Assembly: GCA_042573485.1 (NCBI GenBank)
Contig: JBHPCX010000003.1
Location: 19,306-83,305 of the forward strand
From: Thermodesulfobacteriota bacterium
GTDB lineage: Bacteria; Desulfobacterota; DSM-4660; Desulfatiglandales; HGW-15
Length of the DNA: 64,000 bases
Direction of reading: 5' to 3'
The position numbers and the translations under genes were made by a program. The notes under the pieces are model-generated. The model was given only the letters and a program-made list of their open reading frames with translations, did not search any database and was not told the origin of the DNA. Position 1 is the first letter of the stretch. Each line of letters starts with the position of its first letter. Positions 19,967 through 28,869 of this stretch are shown here, piece after piece.

Positions 19967-20437
19967 TTGCTGAACATTTATATTGATGCTGACGCCTGCC
20001 CGGTAAAAAAGGAAGTTTACCGCGTGGCAGACAGGTTCAAACTGAAAACAATACTGGTATCCAATAAAGATATCCGTATTCCGGACAGCAGCCTTATTAC
20101 ATCAGTTGTTGTTGATGACAGCCCTGATGCTGCTGATAACTGGATCGCTGAAAATGCCGCCGAAGGTGATATTGTTGTAACAGGGGACATTCCGCTTGCA
20201 GACCGAAGCCTGAAAAAAGGGGCGGGTGTAATCAGTTCAACGGGCAAGCTGTTTACAGAAGACAATATAGGGCAGCTAATAGCCACCAGGAACCTCATGG
20301 CTGATCTCCGGGACGCGGGGGAAATTTCCGGGGGGCCTGCTCCTTATAAAAAGAAGGACAGGTCTAACTTTCTTCAGAAGCTTGATGAATTAATCCATTC
20401 AATAATTAATAAATATCCTGATTACTCTATTCATTGA
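19967..20437 (+). CDS. YaiI/YqxD family protein (UPF0178/DUF188)
   Basis: The N-terminus IYIDADACPVKKEVYRVADR is characteristic of the family. Confidence 0.8.
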   Translation: MLNIYIDADACPVKKEVYRVADRFKLKTILVSNKDIRIPDSSLITSVVVDDSPDAADNWIAENAAEGDIVVTGDIPLADRSLKKGAGVISSTGKLFTEDNIGQLIATRNLMADLRDAGEISGGPAPYKKKDRSNFLQKLDELIHSIINKYPDYSIH

Positions 20438-20554
20438 TCGGACAGCCGGATTTTTTGGAATAAAATAAAAACACGATACATCTCTTTTTTACTCACCTGA
20501 TCTGCCGCCTTTTGTTATAGTAATGAATCAATAGTTACTAATAAGGATAAAAAT

Positions 20555-21442
20555 ATGATTGAATTAGGAAAAATAAACAATCTCAAGGTAGTCAAAGAAA
20601 TTAAAACCGGTATTTACATGGATGGAGGGGAACTGGGAGAGATATTCCTTTCAAAAAAAGAAGTCCCGGGAGACATAAGGACCAATGATAATGTGAAAGT
20701 GTTTATATTCAAGGATTCAAAGTCACAAGTGGTTGTGACAACAAAAAAACCCTGCGCAATGGCGGGGGAATTCGCGCTTTTAAAGGTGGTAACATCTAAT
20801 TCCTACGGGGCCTTTCTGGAATGGGGTCTAAAGCCTGACTTAAAGGTTCCCGTGCGTGAACAGCAGAAAAAGATGAAGGCGGGACAGTCATGCCCGGTGT
20901 TTATATACAATGATAAATATGACAGGATTACAGCTTCATCCAGACTGAATAAGTTTGCCAAAAAGGTGCCGGAGGAATTCAGGGAGGGGCAGCCGGTAGA
21001 TCTTGTTATAGTTGATATTACACCCATGGGGTACCGGGCCATCATAGATGGTAAATACTTTGGCGTCCTCTACAAAAACGAGGTGTTTCAGATTCTCAAG
21101 CCGGGGCAGGCGGTAAAGGGTTTTATTAAAAAGATCAGGGAAGACGATAAAGTGGATCTTACTATTCGGAAATCCGTTGCCATGGAAACAGATTTACTTG
21201 GTAAAAAAATACTGAATATATTGAAAGAGCGCGGCGGGAGCCTGAACATATCGGATAAGACTGAACCGGAGAAGATATACAGCCTCTTTGGTGTGAGCAA
21301 AAAGCGGTATAAAAATGCAATAGGTGCCCTGTATAAAAAGCGCCTGATTATAGTTGAAGACCATGGCATAAGGATAGCCCGGAAACAGGATAAAGAATTA
21401 TTGAAAAAAAAGATAAAGGGAAGGAGACGGCGGATCAGGTAG
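20555..21442 (+). CDS. S1-like RNA-binding protein of the CvfB/YitL family
   Basis: The pattern GAFLEWGLKPDLKVPVREQ and the repeated S1-like segments plus a basic C-terminus fit the family. Confidence 0.7.
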   Translation: MIELGKINNLKVVKEIKTGIYMDGGELGEIFLSKKEVPGDIRTNDNVKVFIFKDSKSQVVVTTKKPCAMAGEFALLKVVTSNSYGAFLEWGLKPDLKVPVREQQKKMKAGQSCPVFIYNDKYDRITASSRLNKFAKKVPEEFREGQPVDLVIVDITPMGYRAIIDGKYFGVLYKNEVFQILKPGQAVKGFIKKIREDDKVDLTIRKSVAMETDLLGKKILNILKERGGSLNISDKTEPEKIYSLFGVSKKRYKNAIGALYKKRLIIVEDHGIRIARKQDKELLKKKIKGRRRRIR

Positions 21443-21481
21443 AACAATGAACAATTAGCAATTACCAATGAGCAATCAGAG

Positions 21482-21600
21482 GTTAGGCGATTAGACTGAA
21501 GGCTATTAGGCTGTTAGGTAAAGCAAATAACATCTTTTGCTAATTGCCTTTAGCCTATCTGCCACAATACTAGGCAGACAAGAAAAACTTTAGCCTATAA
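21482..21600. repeat. AGGCT-palindrome family copy 3
   Basis: gattagactgaaggctattaggctgttaggtaaagc ... ttgctaattgcctttagcct ... tagcctataat. Confidence 0.7.
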
Positions 21601-21660
21601 TAAATTTTAAATGATGAATATAACCCACAAAGTATTTAACAGGATAATCAGAGTTTATAT

Positions 21661-22176
21661 ATGGTAATTATACTAATGGGCGTTTCCGGTTCCGGTAAAA
21701 CAACAATCGGAAACCTGTTGTCAAAACAAACCGGCATCCCTTTTTTTGATGGAGATGATTTTCATCCGGATGTTAATGTCCGGAAAATGGCTGAAGGCGC
21801 TCCCCTGACAGACCGGGACAGGATTGCCTGGATTGAGCAGGTATCAGGTTTTATCAACAGCGCTCCTTATAAACATAAAATCCTGGCCTGCTCCGCCCTC
21901 AACAAATTTATCCGCGGCCTGATTATCAAAGATATCGAGGAACAATGTTGTTTTGTGTTTTTAAAGGGAAGTTATGATCTTATAAAAGATCGGATGGAAA
22001 AAAGGGAAGATCATTATATGAAAGCCGGAATGTTAGCCAGCCAGTTTAATGCGCTGGAGGAACCCGGGAATGCTTTGATAGTTGACATCGAAAATTCTCC
22101 GGACAGTGTTTGTGATTTAATTTATAACGCGATAAGCGATGAACAATTATCAATGAACAATCAGAAGTCAGGCTGA
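21661..22176 (+). CDS. gntK: Gluconokinase
   Basis: P-loop GVSGSGKTT and the FFDGDDFHP...LTDRDRIAWIE pattern. The last 12 codons (DEQLSMNNQKSG) are encoded by the CAAT tract and the start of an AGGCT element. Confidence 0.85.
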   Translation: MVIILMGVSGSGKTTIGNLLSKQTGIPFFDGDDFHPDVNVRKMAEGAPLTDRDRIAWIEQVSGFINSAPYKHKILACSALNKFIRGLIIKDIEEQCCFVFLKGSYDLIKDRMEKREDHYMKAGMLASQFNALEEPGNALIVDIENSPDSVCDLIYNAISDEQLSMNNQKSG

Positions 22177-22260
22177 AGCCTTTTAGACTAAAGGCTATTA
22201 GCAAAAGATGTTTTTTGATTTTCCTAATAGTCTTCAGCTTTCAGCCTAATAGGCTATAAG
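22169..22260. repeat. AGGCT-palindrome family copy 4
   Basis: caggctgaagccttttagactaaaggctattagcaaaag ... cctaatagtcttcagctttcagcctaataggctataag. Confidence 0.75.
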
Positions 22261-22324
22261 AAACCAGAGACAAAAGACGAGAAACGAGAGACGCTTTTTA
22301 ATCCTGGCACTTGTTATTTAAAGC

Positions 22325-22354
22325 ATGGATTCCCCGATCAAGTCGGGGAATGAC
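22325..22354. repeat. GGATTCCC hairpin family copy
   Basis: atggattccccgatcaagtcggggaatgac. Confidence 0.7.
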
Positions 22355-22442
22355 CCTGGAACTAGATCGTGATTTAAATATAAGCGGATAAAGATAGTTT
22401 CACATCCTTAAAGGAAGGAATATCAAAGGGGAGGACAGCAAA

Positions 22443-23360
22443 ATGCAGGTTGGTCTTATAGGTCTCGGCCGTATGGGTATGAACATGGCGAAACGTCTGC
22501 TGGAGGGCGGTCATGAAGTAATTGTCTACAACAGGACACCTGAAAAGGTTGATCAAATAACAGGAGAAGGAGCCGCGGGAGCCTATTCCTTAGCGGAGCT
22601 GGCTGAAAAACTCTCCCCGCCGCGAATAGTATGGATCATGCTTCCGGCAGGCAGTATTGTTGATGATCATATTGAACAGCTGACGGGTCTGCTTAACCGG
22701 GATGATATCATCATCGAAGGAGGCAACAGCTACTACAAGGATGATATTCGCCATTCCGAAGCCCTTTCCGGCCATGGAATCCAATACATGGATGTCGGTG
22801 TAAGCGGGGGTATTTGGGGCTATGAGATTGGCTATTGTACAATGGCAGGCGGAGAAAAGGAGGTCTTTGATTACCTGGAGCCGTTATTTAAGACCCTTGC
22901 CCCTGAAGGAGGATATCTTTATTGCGGCGGTGTCGGGGCGGGTCATTTTGTAAAAATGGTACATAATGGAATTGAGTACGGCATGATGCAGGCCTATGGT
23001 GAAGGTTTTGACATCCTGGAAAATTCTCCCTACGCGGAATCACTTGATTATTCCCTGCTTTCCAATGTCTGGAACCGGGGAAGTGTTATACGCTCCTGGC
23101 TTCTTGAACTCGCGGAAAAGGCCTTTAAAGAGGATCCTAAAATAGAGGGCATAAAAGGGTATGTGGCGGATTCCGGGGAAGGACGGTGGACCGTTCAGCA
23201 GGCTGTGGAAAGCGGCGTGCCGGCGCCGGTAATAGCACTGTCCCTCATGAGCAGGTTCCGGTCGCAGCAAAGCAACTCATTTTCCGACAGGGTGCTGGCT
23301 GCCTTAAGAAAAGAATTCGGGGGTCATGAGGTTGTAACTTCAGATGACAGTGAACAATAA
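22443..23360 (+). CDS. gnd: 6-phosphogluconate dehydrogenase, short (about 300 aa) form
   Basis: N-terminal Rossmann motif GLIGLGRMGMNMAKRL and the GGNSYYKDD and HNGIEYGMMQAYGEG motifs; adjacent to gluconokinase. Confidence 0.85.
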   Translation: MQVGLIGLGRMGMNMAKRLLEGGHEVIVYNRTPEKVDQITGEGAAGAYSLAELAEKLSPPRIVWIMLPAGSIVDDHIEQLTGLLNRDDIIIEGGNSYYKDDIRHSEALSGHGIQYMDVGVSGGIWGYEIGYCTMAGGEKEVFDYLEPLFKTLAPEGGYLYCGGVGAGHFVKMVHNGIEYGMMQAYGEGFDILENSPYAESLDYSLLSNVWNRGSVIRSWLLELAEKAFKEDPKIEGIKGYVADSGEGRWTVQQAVESGVPAPVIALSLMSRFRSQQSNSFSDRVLAALRKEFGGHEVVTSDDSEQ

Positions 23361-23403
23361 ACAAATATCAATGATCAGTTAGCAATCAGAGGGCAGATGA
23401 CAG

Positions 23404-23493
23404 TATAGCCTATTAGGCTATAGGCTGAAGGCTGTTAGGTAAACCTAAAAACATCTGTTGCTAATAGCCTTTAGCCTAAAATGCTTCAGCCTG
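23404..23493. repeat. AGGCT-palindrome family copy 5
   Basis: tatagcctattaggctataggctgaaggctgttaggtaaacc ... ttgctaatagcctttagcctaaaatgcttcagcctg. Confidence 0.75.
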
Positions 23494-23539
23494 TTGAAAA
23501 CTATGAACTATAAACTCCTATTAAAAGAGGATATTAAAA

Positions 23540-24892
23540 TTGCTTAAAAAAATATTGAAAATAATCCTGGCAATTATTGGGGTTGTTCTTATTGCAGCTA
23601 TTGTGCTGGCATTTATATATCGTGAAACAATAGATATAATGATCAGCAACAATAAAATTAAAACACCGGAAAAAGTTGAGCATGAGATTGTAACGGCCCA
23701 AATTGTACCAATCACAAAAGGCGTAGCTGACTGGGTCTCATGGCGGGGTATTAACGGTGATGGGCGCAGCGGAATCTCCGGAATAAAAACTGACTGGTCC
23801 GATGGATTAAAAAAAATCTGGGAAATTGATTATTTATGCCAGGGAGAGGACAGCGCGACCTGGTCCGCGCCGGTAATACAGGGGAACAGGCTGGTCGTAT
23901 GCGGGCGTGATGATGTGAACGATATTGTTTTCTGCCTGAATCCTGAAGACGGCGGCCTGATATGGAAGCAGGCTTACCCAGCTCAAACAACAACAGCATA
24001 TGGCGCCGGTTTCAGGGCAACTCCATGGATTGATGAGGACCGTGTTTACACTTTCGGCCGCGGTGGGGACCTGGTCTGCTGGAATTTAACAAATGGTGAT
24101 AAAATCTGGCAGAAAAATGTTCATGATGAGGGGGGAAAGGAGGCTACCTGGGGGCATTCGTCATCTCCCCTTGTAGCAGGGTCACTCGTAATTGTTAACG
24201 GCGGCGGAACAGCCCGCACAATCGCCTATGATAAAATGAATGGAGACATAATATGGAAAACGGGAACCGGTCCGGCAGGCTATGCGGCAATTTCGATGAT
24301 GGAAATTGAAGGCGAACCCGTAGTTCTTTCATTTCATGGAAAAGGACTGGCAGCAATAACACTTAAAGAGGGCAAAGAACTATGGGATGTAGAATGGAAA
24401 ACATCCTATGAAGTAAACGCGACAACACCTGTTAAAAAAGATAATTTAGTGTTCATAACTTCCGGCTATAAAACCGGCTGTGAAATGTTAAAAGTCAGCA
24501 AATCCGGTGCCGAAGTTGTCTGGAAAAATAAACTTTTTGCGTCCCACCATTCTGACCCATTTATTATTGACGGGCATATTTACGGGTATTCAGGTGACAG
24601 TATGCAGAACAAGGGCGTTTTTAAATGTATCGAACTTGAAACCGGTATCGAAAAATGGAGCACAAAAGAAATAGGGTGGGGAACATGCGTTGCCGTTGAA
24701 GATTATCTTCTCTGCTGTGACGTGAAAGGCAATCTGTTTCTTATAAAGCCTGATCCCGAGAAATTTGTGAAGGTTACAGGGTTACCGAAAATCTGGGGCA
24801 AAGTCAGAGGCGCAACCTGGACAAAACCTGTGCTGGCTAATGGCAAGCTCTACCTGAGGTTCAAGCAGAGTTTAATGTGTTTTAATATTTAA
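23540..24892 (+). CDS. PQQ-like beta-propeller repeat protein (BamB-like fold), membrane-anchored
   Basis: N-terminal hydrophobic anchor. Repeated segments follow the W-x-G...G...V pattern (LIWKQ, KIWQK, IIWKT, ELWDV, VVWKN, EKWST). Confidence 0.7.
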   Translation: MLKKILKIILAIIGVVLIAAIVLAFIYRETIDIMISNNKIKTPEKVEHEIVTAQIVPITKGVADWVSWRGINGDGRSGISGIKTDWSDGLKKIWEIDYLCQGEDSATWSAPVIQGNRLVVCGRDDVNDIVFCLNPEDGGLIWKQAYPAQTTTAYGAGFRATPWIDEDRVYTFGRGGDLVCWNLTNGDKIWQKNVHDEGGKEATWGHSSSPLVAGSLVIVNGGGTARTIAYDKMNGDIIWKTGTGPAGYAAISMMEIEGEPVVLSFHGKGLAAITLKEGKELWDVEWKTSYEVNATTPVKKDNLVFITSGYKTGCEMLKVSKSGAEVVWKNKLFASHHSDPFIIDGHIYGYSGDSMQNKGVFKCIELETGIEKWSTKEIGWGTCVAVEDYLLCCDVKGNLFLIKPDPEKFVKVTGLPKIWGKVRGATWTKPVLANGKLYLRFKQSLMCFNI

Positions 24893-24937
24893 GCTATCAG
24901 CTGTCAGCAAAAACAGTATATAGTTTGTGGTTAGAAA

Positions 24938-25046
24938 GCAGGCTGCCGCCGTCGCATGGGCTATGGCGCGCCAGGAAAGGCTATTAGCAACAAAGGCTTT
25001 TTGCCTTATCTAACAGCCTTCAGTCTTCAGCCTAATAGCCTATAAT
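24938..25046. repeat. AGGCT-palindrome family copy 6 (long form with GC-rich insert)
   Basis: gcaggctgccgccgtcgcatgggctatggcgcgccaggaaaggctattagcaacaaagg ... ctaacagccttcagtcttcagcctaatagcctataat. Confidence 0.7.
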
Positions 25047-25128
25047 TAATCTTGAATGTTGAATCACGCCAGAAGCAGGGAACAGAGACAAGGAACGATA
25101 AAACAGGTTTTCTAAAAGGAGGTATATA

Positions 25129-25545
25129 ATGGCATTTTCACAATCAGACCTGTTTTGGGGGATGGGCAGCGGTTTCGTGAAGGCTACAACTGAACTGGCG
25201 GCCCACGTTACATGCCGGGAAGGGGAAAGACTGTTTGATATCGGTGATCCCGCTGACCGGTTCTATGTTTTGTTAAAAGGCAGCGTTACCATGAAGCGGG
25301 GTGACGGCGAACTTCACACAGCTGAAAAAGCGGGAGAGATCTTTGGATGGTCTTCATTAATCAGCCGCCCGGAATATGCCGCGTCTGCCACCTGTGACAA
25401 AAAAACGGAACTGTTAAGAATCGAGTCCGGGCCTTTCCTGAAAATTCTTAACGAATCTCCCGGTGACAAAGCAATCCTGTTTGAACGATTGGCAAAAATG
25501 CTGGGCAACCAGTTGCTGGGCGTTTATATATCGGCCAATGAATAA
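25129..25545 (+). CDS. Cyclic nucleotide-binding domain protein
   Basis: 138 aa; the pattern GERLFDIGDPADRFYVLLKGSV...GEIFGWSSL is typical of cNMP-binding domains. Confidence 0.7.
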   Translation: MAFSQSDLFWGMGSGFVKATTELAAHVTCREGERLFDIGDPADRFYVLLKGSVTMKRGDGELHTAEKAGEIFGWSSLISRPEYAASATCDKKTELLRIESGPFLKILNESPGDKAILFERLAKMLGNQLLGVYISANE

Positions 25546-25620
25546 TAAATAGAAACATAGATTTAAAATTCCAGATTCCAGGTTCCAGATTAAAAACCAG
25601 TGACAGAGGGTATTAGAAAA

Positions 25621-25713
25621 CTATAGGTTATTAGGCTGAAGCCTATTAGACCATTAGCAAAATCTTAAAAAATCTTTTGCTAACAGCCTAATAGCCTTCA
25701 GTCTGATATGCTA
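25621..25713. repeat. AGGCT-palindrome family copy 7
   Basis: ctataggttattaggctgaagcctattagaccattagcaaaatc ... ttgctaacagcctaatagccttcagtctgatatgc. Confidence 0.75.
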
Positions 25714-25785
25714 AAATGAATATTGAATCTTGAATTGCAATAGAGACCAGAAACCTGATTCACTGACACATAAGAAAGATATCCT

Positions 25786-27153
25786 ATGCCTGAGAAATTG
25801 AATAAATCATTGCTTTATACCTATGGAATTCCTGACCTGGGCTTTGCCCTTATAACAAATATGGAATTATTTTTTTTCGCGGTTTTCCTTACGGATATCG
25901 CAGAATTTTCATTATCATTGACCGGATACATCCTGAGATTCACCAGTGTCGCCGATATAGTGTTTGCCCTGATTGCCGGTATCATACTTCAGAAAGTCAC
26001 ATTAAAGTACGGGGGAAAATACCGGTCCTGGTTTTTGATCGGCCCACCGGTTGTAGCCCTGTTATTTATTCTGCAGTTCTCCAAAATCGGTACAAACCTG
26101 TCGGCCGCCCTGATTATCTTCTTCGGCTTTGTCTTCAGCCATCTGGTATGGAATATCGTTTTTATATCAAGTGCTTCCATGGTGGGGAGGTTAAGTCAAT
26201 TATCCGATGAGCGAACCATATTATCTGCCGGAAGGGCCCAGGGCTTTTCCGCTGCAGGTATTGTGTTTGGCATTACCAGCGCACCTGTAATATATTTTTT
26301 TACGTCTCATACAAATGAAATAACCGGTTTTTCCCTTGCATCTGCATTCTATGCCTTATTAATGGTTCTCGGATACCTGTATATATACATAATGACATCC
26401 GGTATGGACCCCTATGATGAAGCCATAGGGAAGGTGCCAAAACAACCAGTACTTGAAATGGTTGCACTGGTTTTAAAAAACCCTCCCCTTATAATGCTGA
26501 TCGTAGCGGAAGTATTCCGCAATTCATATGTTCTTATAGTCGCATCATTTGCCGCTTACTATTTTAAATATGTCCTGGGCAATGAGGCATTCCTTTCCCA
26601 CTTTATCCTGGCCATAAGCATTTCCAGGCTGATTGGGACATTTGCCGCTACGTGGATTGGAGTAAGAATCGGCAAGCTGCGTTCCTACTGGATATTTATG
26701 GTTTTAACAGCAGTCGTATTTGCTTCTGGTAAATTCTTTGGCGGAACTACATGGAGCTTCACCTTCATTTTCTGCGCCGGCTCACTGCTCGGAATGGTAT
26801 CCGGTGCAATGAGTACAGCGCTATTTTCTGATACGGTTGTTTACGGAGAATGGAAGACAGGCAAAAATACAAGGGCCTTTACAATGGCTTTACAAACCTT
26901 TCCCATAAAAATAGGCGTACTGATCAGAAGCGAGGTTATTACATTCGGCTTAATGGCGATCGGGTTTGTGGCTAACGCGGAACCTACCCCCAGAGTAGTT
27001 GAGGGCATCAGCTCCATCATATCATTCGCGCCGGCCATTGTATGCATCATTTCCGCGGTAGTATTCTATTTCGGTTACCATATTGAAGATGCAGATGTCC
27101 TTAAGATGGAAAAAGAGATTTTAGAGAGAAAGGAAGTGAACAATTACCAATGA
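25786..27153 (+). CDS. MFS transporter of the glycoside-pentoside-hexuronide:cation symporter type
   Basis: 455 aa, about 12 helices, with the N-terminus LLYTYGIPDLGFALITNMELFFFAVFLTD typical of GPH/MelB-like carriers. The tail VNNYQ* is read from a CAAT tract. Confidence 0.75.
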   Translation: MPEKLNKSLLYTYGIPDLGFALITNMELFFFAVFLTDIAEFSLSLTGYILRFTSVADIVFALIAGIILQKVTLKYGGKYRSWFLIGPPVVALLFILQFSKIGTNLSAALIIFFGFVFSHLVWNIVFISSASMVGRLSQLSDERTILSAGRAQGFSAAGIVFGITSAPVIYFFTSHTNEITGFSLASAFYALLMVLGYLYIYIMTSGMDPYDEAIGKVPKQPVLEMVALVLKNPPLIMLIVAEVFRNSYVLIVASFAAYYFKYVLGNEAFLSHFILAISISRLIGTFAATWIGVRIGKLRSYWIFMVLTAVVFASGKFFGGTTWSFTFIFCAGSLLGMVSGAMSTALFSDTVVYGEWKTGKNTRAFTMALQTFPIKIGVLIRSEVITFGLMAIGFVANAEPTPRVVEGISSIISFAPAIVCIISAVVFYFGYHIEDADVLKMEKEILERKEVNNYQ

Positions 27154-27314
27154 TCAATGAACAATGAACGATAAAAACCAATTCCAAATTCCAGGTTTCA
27201 GATTCCAGATTGAAAACAATCTATAGTTTTAAGTTCATTGTTTGTAGTTGAAAAACCTAAAACCTAAACCATAAACTGTTTTTATGAATTGATTTTACGA
27301 ATTGGAGAAAAAAT

Positions 27315-28085
27315 ATGTATGACATTGAAATGCAGAAGATGTCCCAGGAATTTTTCAACTGCTGGCAGGCCGCGGGCCTGTATTTGAGCGACCGGGCACA
27401 GGAAGGTAAGCTGTCCTGGATCAGGGCCCATCCTTACCCTCCATTTCTGGAGCACCTGTCTTTCCGGCTTGGCAACCAGTTATTCTTTATAAGGGTTGAA
27501 GACATAGATGGAACAGTTGAAGGTCCCGGGACTCTTGAAGGCCTGAACACTGTTGCTGAGGAGAGCGGTGGTCATGCCTGTATCATGCCCATGAGAAAAA
27601 AATTTGCCGGTGAGGAATGGGTGCCGGACACAGGCGGATGGGGATTAATTGATGCATCGAACGGGGATCCTGTCGATCCCTTTTCCCTGGTAACTGATGA
27701 GAAAATTGAGATGACTCCCTGGGAACTGCATGATATGGCTGTTCAAATTGTCCGCGAGTACATCGAAAAAAAGGATTTTCAGCTCATGTCCTGGCAAGGT
27801 ACTCTTGACGTTGATCCTTCCATATGGTTTACCGGTGAAAGCAATGGACCGGAATGGGTCGTTGTCAGGGCAACGAAGTACCCGGAGGCCCACGCGTCAC
27901 TTCCCGAAAACTGGAAGGAGATCGTCCAGCAATGTACAAGTGTAAGCCAGACAGGATACTTTGCTTCTGTAGCTATAGCCAGCAGCGAACAGAAGTTCGA
28001 GTCGGAGAACGAGGAAGCTGTTCCCCTCTATCGCGGGGCCAGCATGTATATCCAGTTTCCCGGTCTTGAAGGGCTCGAGGAGTGA
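27315..28085 (+). CDS. Hypothetical protein
   Basis: 256-aa ORF with GGAGAA upstream; no recognised motif. Confidence 0.5.
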   Translation: MYDIEMQKMSQEFFNCWQAAGLYLSDRAQEGKLSWIRAHPYPPFLEHLSFRLGNQLFFIRVEDIDGTVEGPGTLEGLNTVAEESGGHACIMPMRKKFAGEEWVPDTGGWGLIDASNGDPVDPFSLVTDEKIEMTPWELHDMAVQIVREYIEKKDFQLMSWQGTLDVDPSIWFTGESNGPEWVVVRATKYPEAHASLPENWKEIVQQCTSVSQTGYFASVAIASSEQKFESENEEAVPLYRGASMYIQFPGLEGLEE

Positions 28086-28090
28086 TAAAA

Positions 28091-28166
28091 AGCAATTATC
28101 AATTAACAATAAACAATGAACAATTAACGATGAACTATAAACAATAAACCATAGACAATGAACAAT
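28091..28166. repeat. CAAT-period tract
   Basis: gcaattatcaattaacaataaacaatgaacaattaacgatgaactataaacaataaaccatagacaatgaacaat. Confidence 0.7.
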
Positions 28167-28186
28167 TTCTTAAAAGGGAGGAGCCA

Positions 28187-28741
28187 ATGACAGATAAGAA
28201 AAATATAAATCGACGGGATTTCATTCAGAATGTATCCACCGGAGCGGCAGGATTAGCTTTAGCCAGTGCCCTGTCCACACTAAGCGCGGCCGTTCCTGCG
28301 GGTGCCCAGCAGCCCACCTATTACGATAAGATGGATATGAGCAAGCTGGGTAATGTTGTGAGAGAACCCGGCGTCGTTGAATTTAAGCCGTGGCAGTCAA
28401 TACACGATACAATTACCTCACCCATGATCACGGCATGGGGTTTCGGGGATATTCCCGAATCCAGGCTAGCCGTAGGATTCGCGTATATCACCGAGCCTGA
28501 TACCCTGGGCGGCGATACTCATTCCCACGAAGGTCATGACCAGTGGATATTTCTGATCGGTGGCGATGGGAGAAACTTTCTCGAATTTGATGCGGATTGT
28601 GAAATGCTGCTGGGTGATAAGGTCAGAAAGATAAACTACTCCTGCTATTTCTTTATTCCCAAGGGTACACCTCACTGCCCTCTGGTAATTAAACGCGTTG
28701 GTAAACCCATCGTATTTATAGACGCCAGGATAAATGAGTAG
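28187..28741 (+). CDS. Tat-signal protein with cupin-like core
   Basis: The N-terminus NRRDFIQNVSTGAAGLALASA is Tat-like. GGDTHSHEGHDQWIFLIGG ... FIPKGTPHCP resembles the two cupin motifs. Confidence 0.5.
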   Translation: MTDKKNINRRDFIQNVSTGAAGLALASALSTLSAAVPAGAQQPTYYDKMDMSKLGNVVREPGVVEFKPWQSIHDTITSPMITAWGFGDIPESRLAVGFAYITEPDTLGGDTHSHEGHDQWIFLIGGDGRNFLEFDADCEMLLGDKVRKINYSCYFFIPKGTPHCPLVIKRVGKPIVFIDARINE

Positions 28742-28769
28742 TTGAAAGCAGGGCGTGGGTTGTTTTCAG

Positions 28770-28845
28770 TGAACAATTAACAATGAGCAATTATCATTAA
28801 AAACTTTCCATTGTTAATTGCTAACTGATAATTGTTAATTGATCA
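28770..28845. repeat. CAAT-period tract arranged as an inverted repeat
   Basis: gaacaattaacaatgagcaattatcatt ... ccattgttaattgctaactgataattgttaattg. Confidence 0.7.
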
Positions 28846-28869
28846 ACTTCCAGGAGGAACGGCAAACCA

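Noticed and set aside
22305-22320. TGGCAC upstream of gnd as a sigma-54 -24 element.
   Set aside because: The -12 element is missing: TGGCAC-ttgtt-ATTT instead of TGGCAC-N5-TTGC.
19726-25713. The AGGCT palindromes might be integron attC sites (they contain GTTAG...CTAAC, and an integrase fragment is nearby).
   Set aside because: The order is GTTAG...CTAAC, i.e. inside-out relative to the attC R''(..AAC)...R'(GTT..) arrangement. The GTT is often ATT. The elements flank ordinary housekeeping genes that have their own promoters and RBSs. No intact integrase or attI is present.
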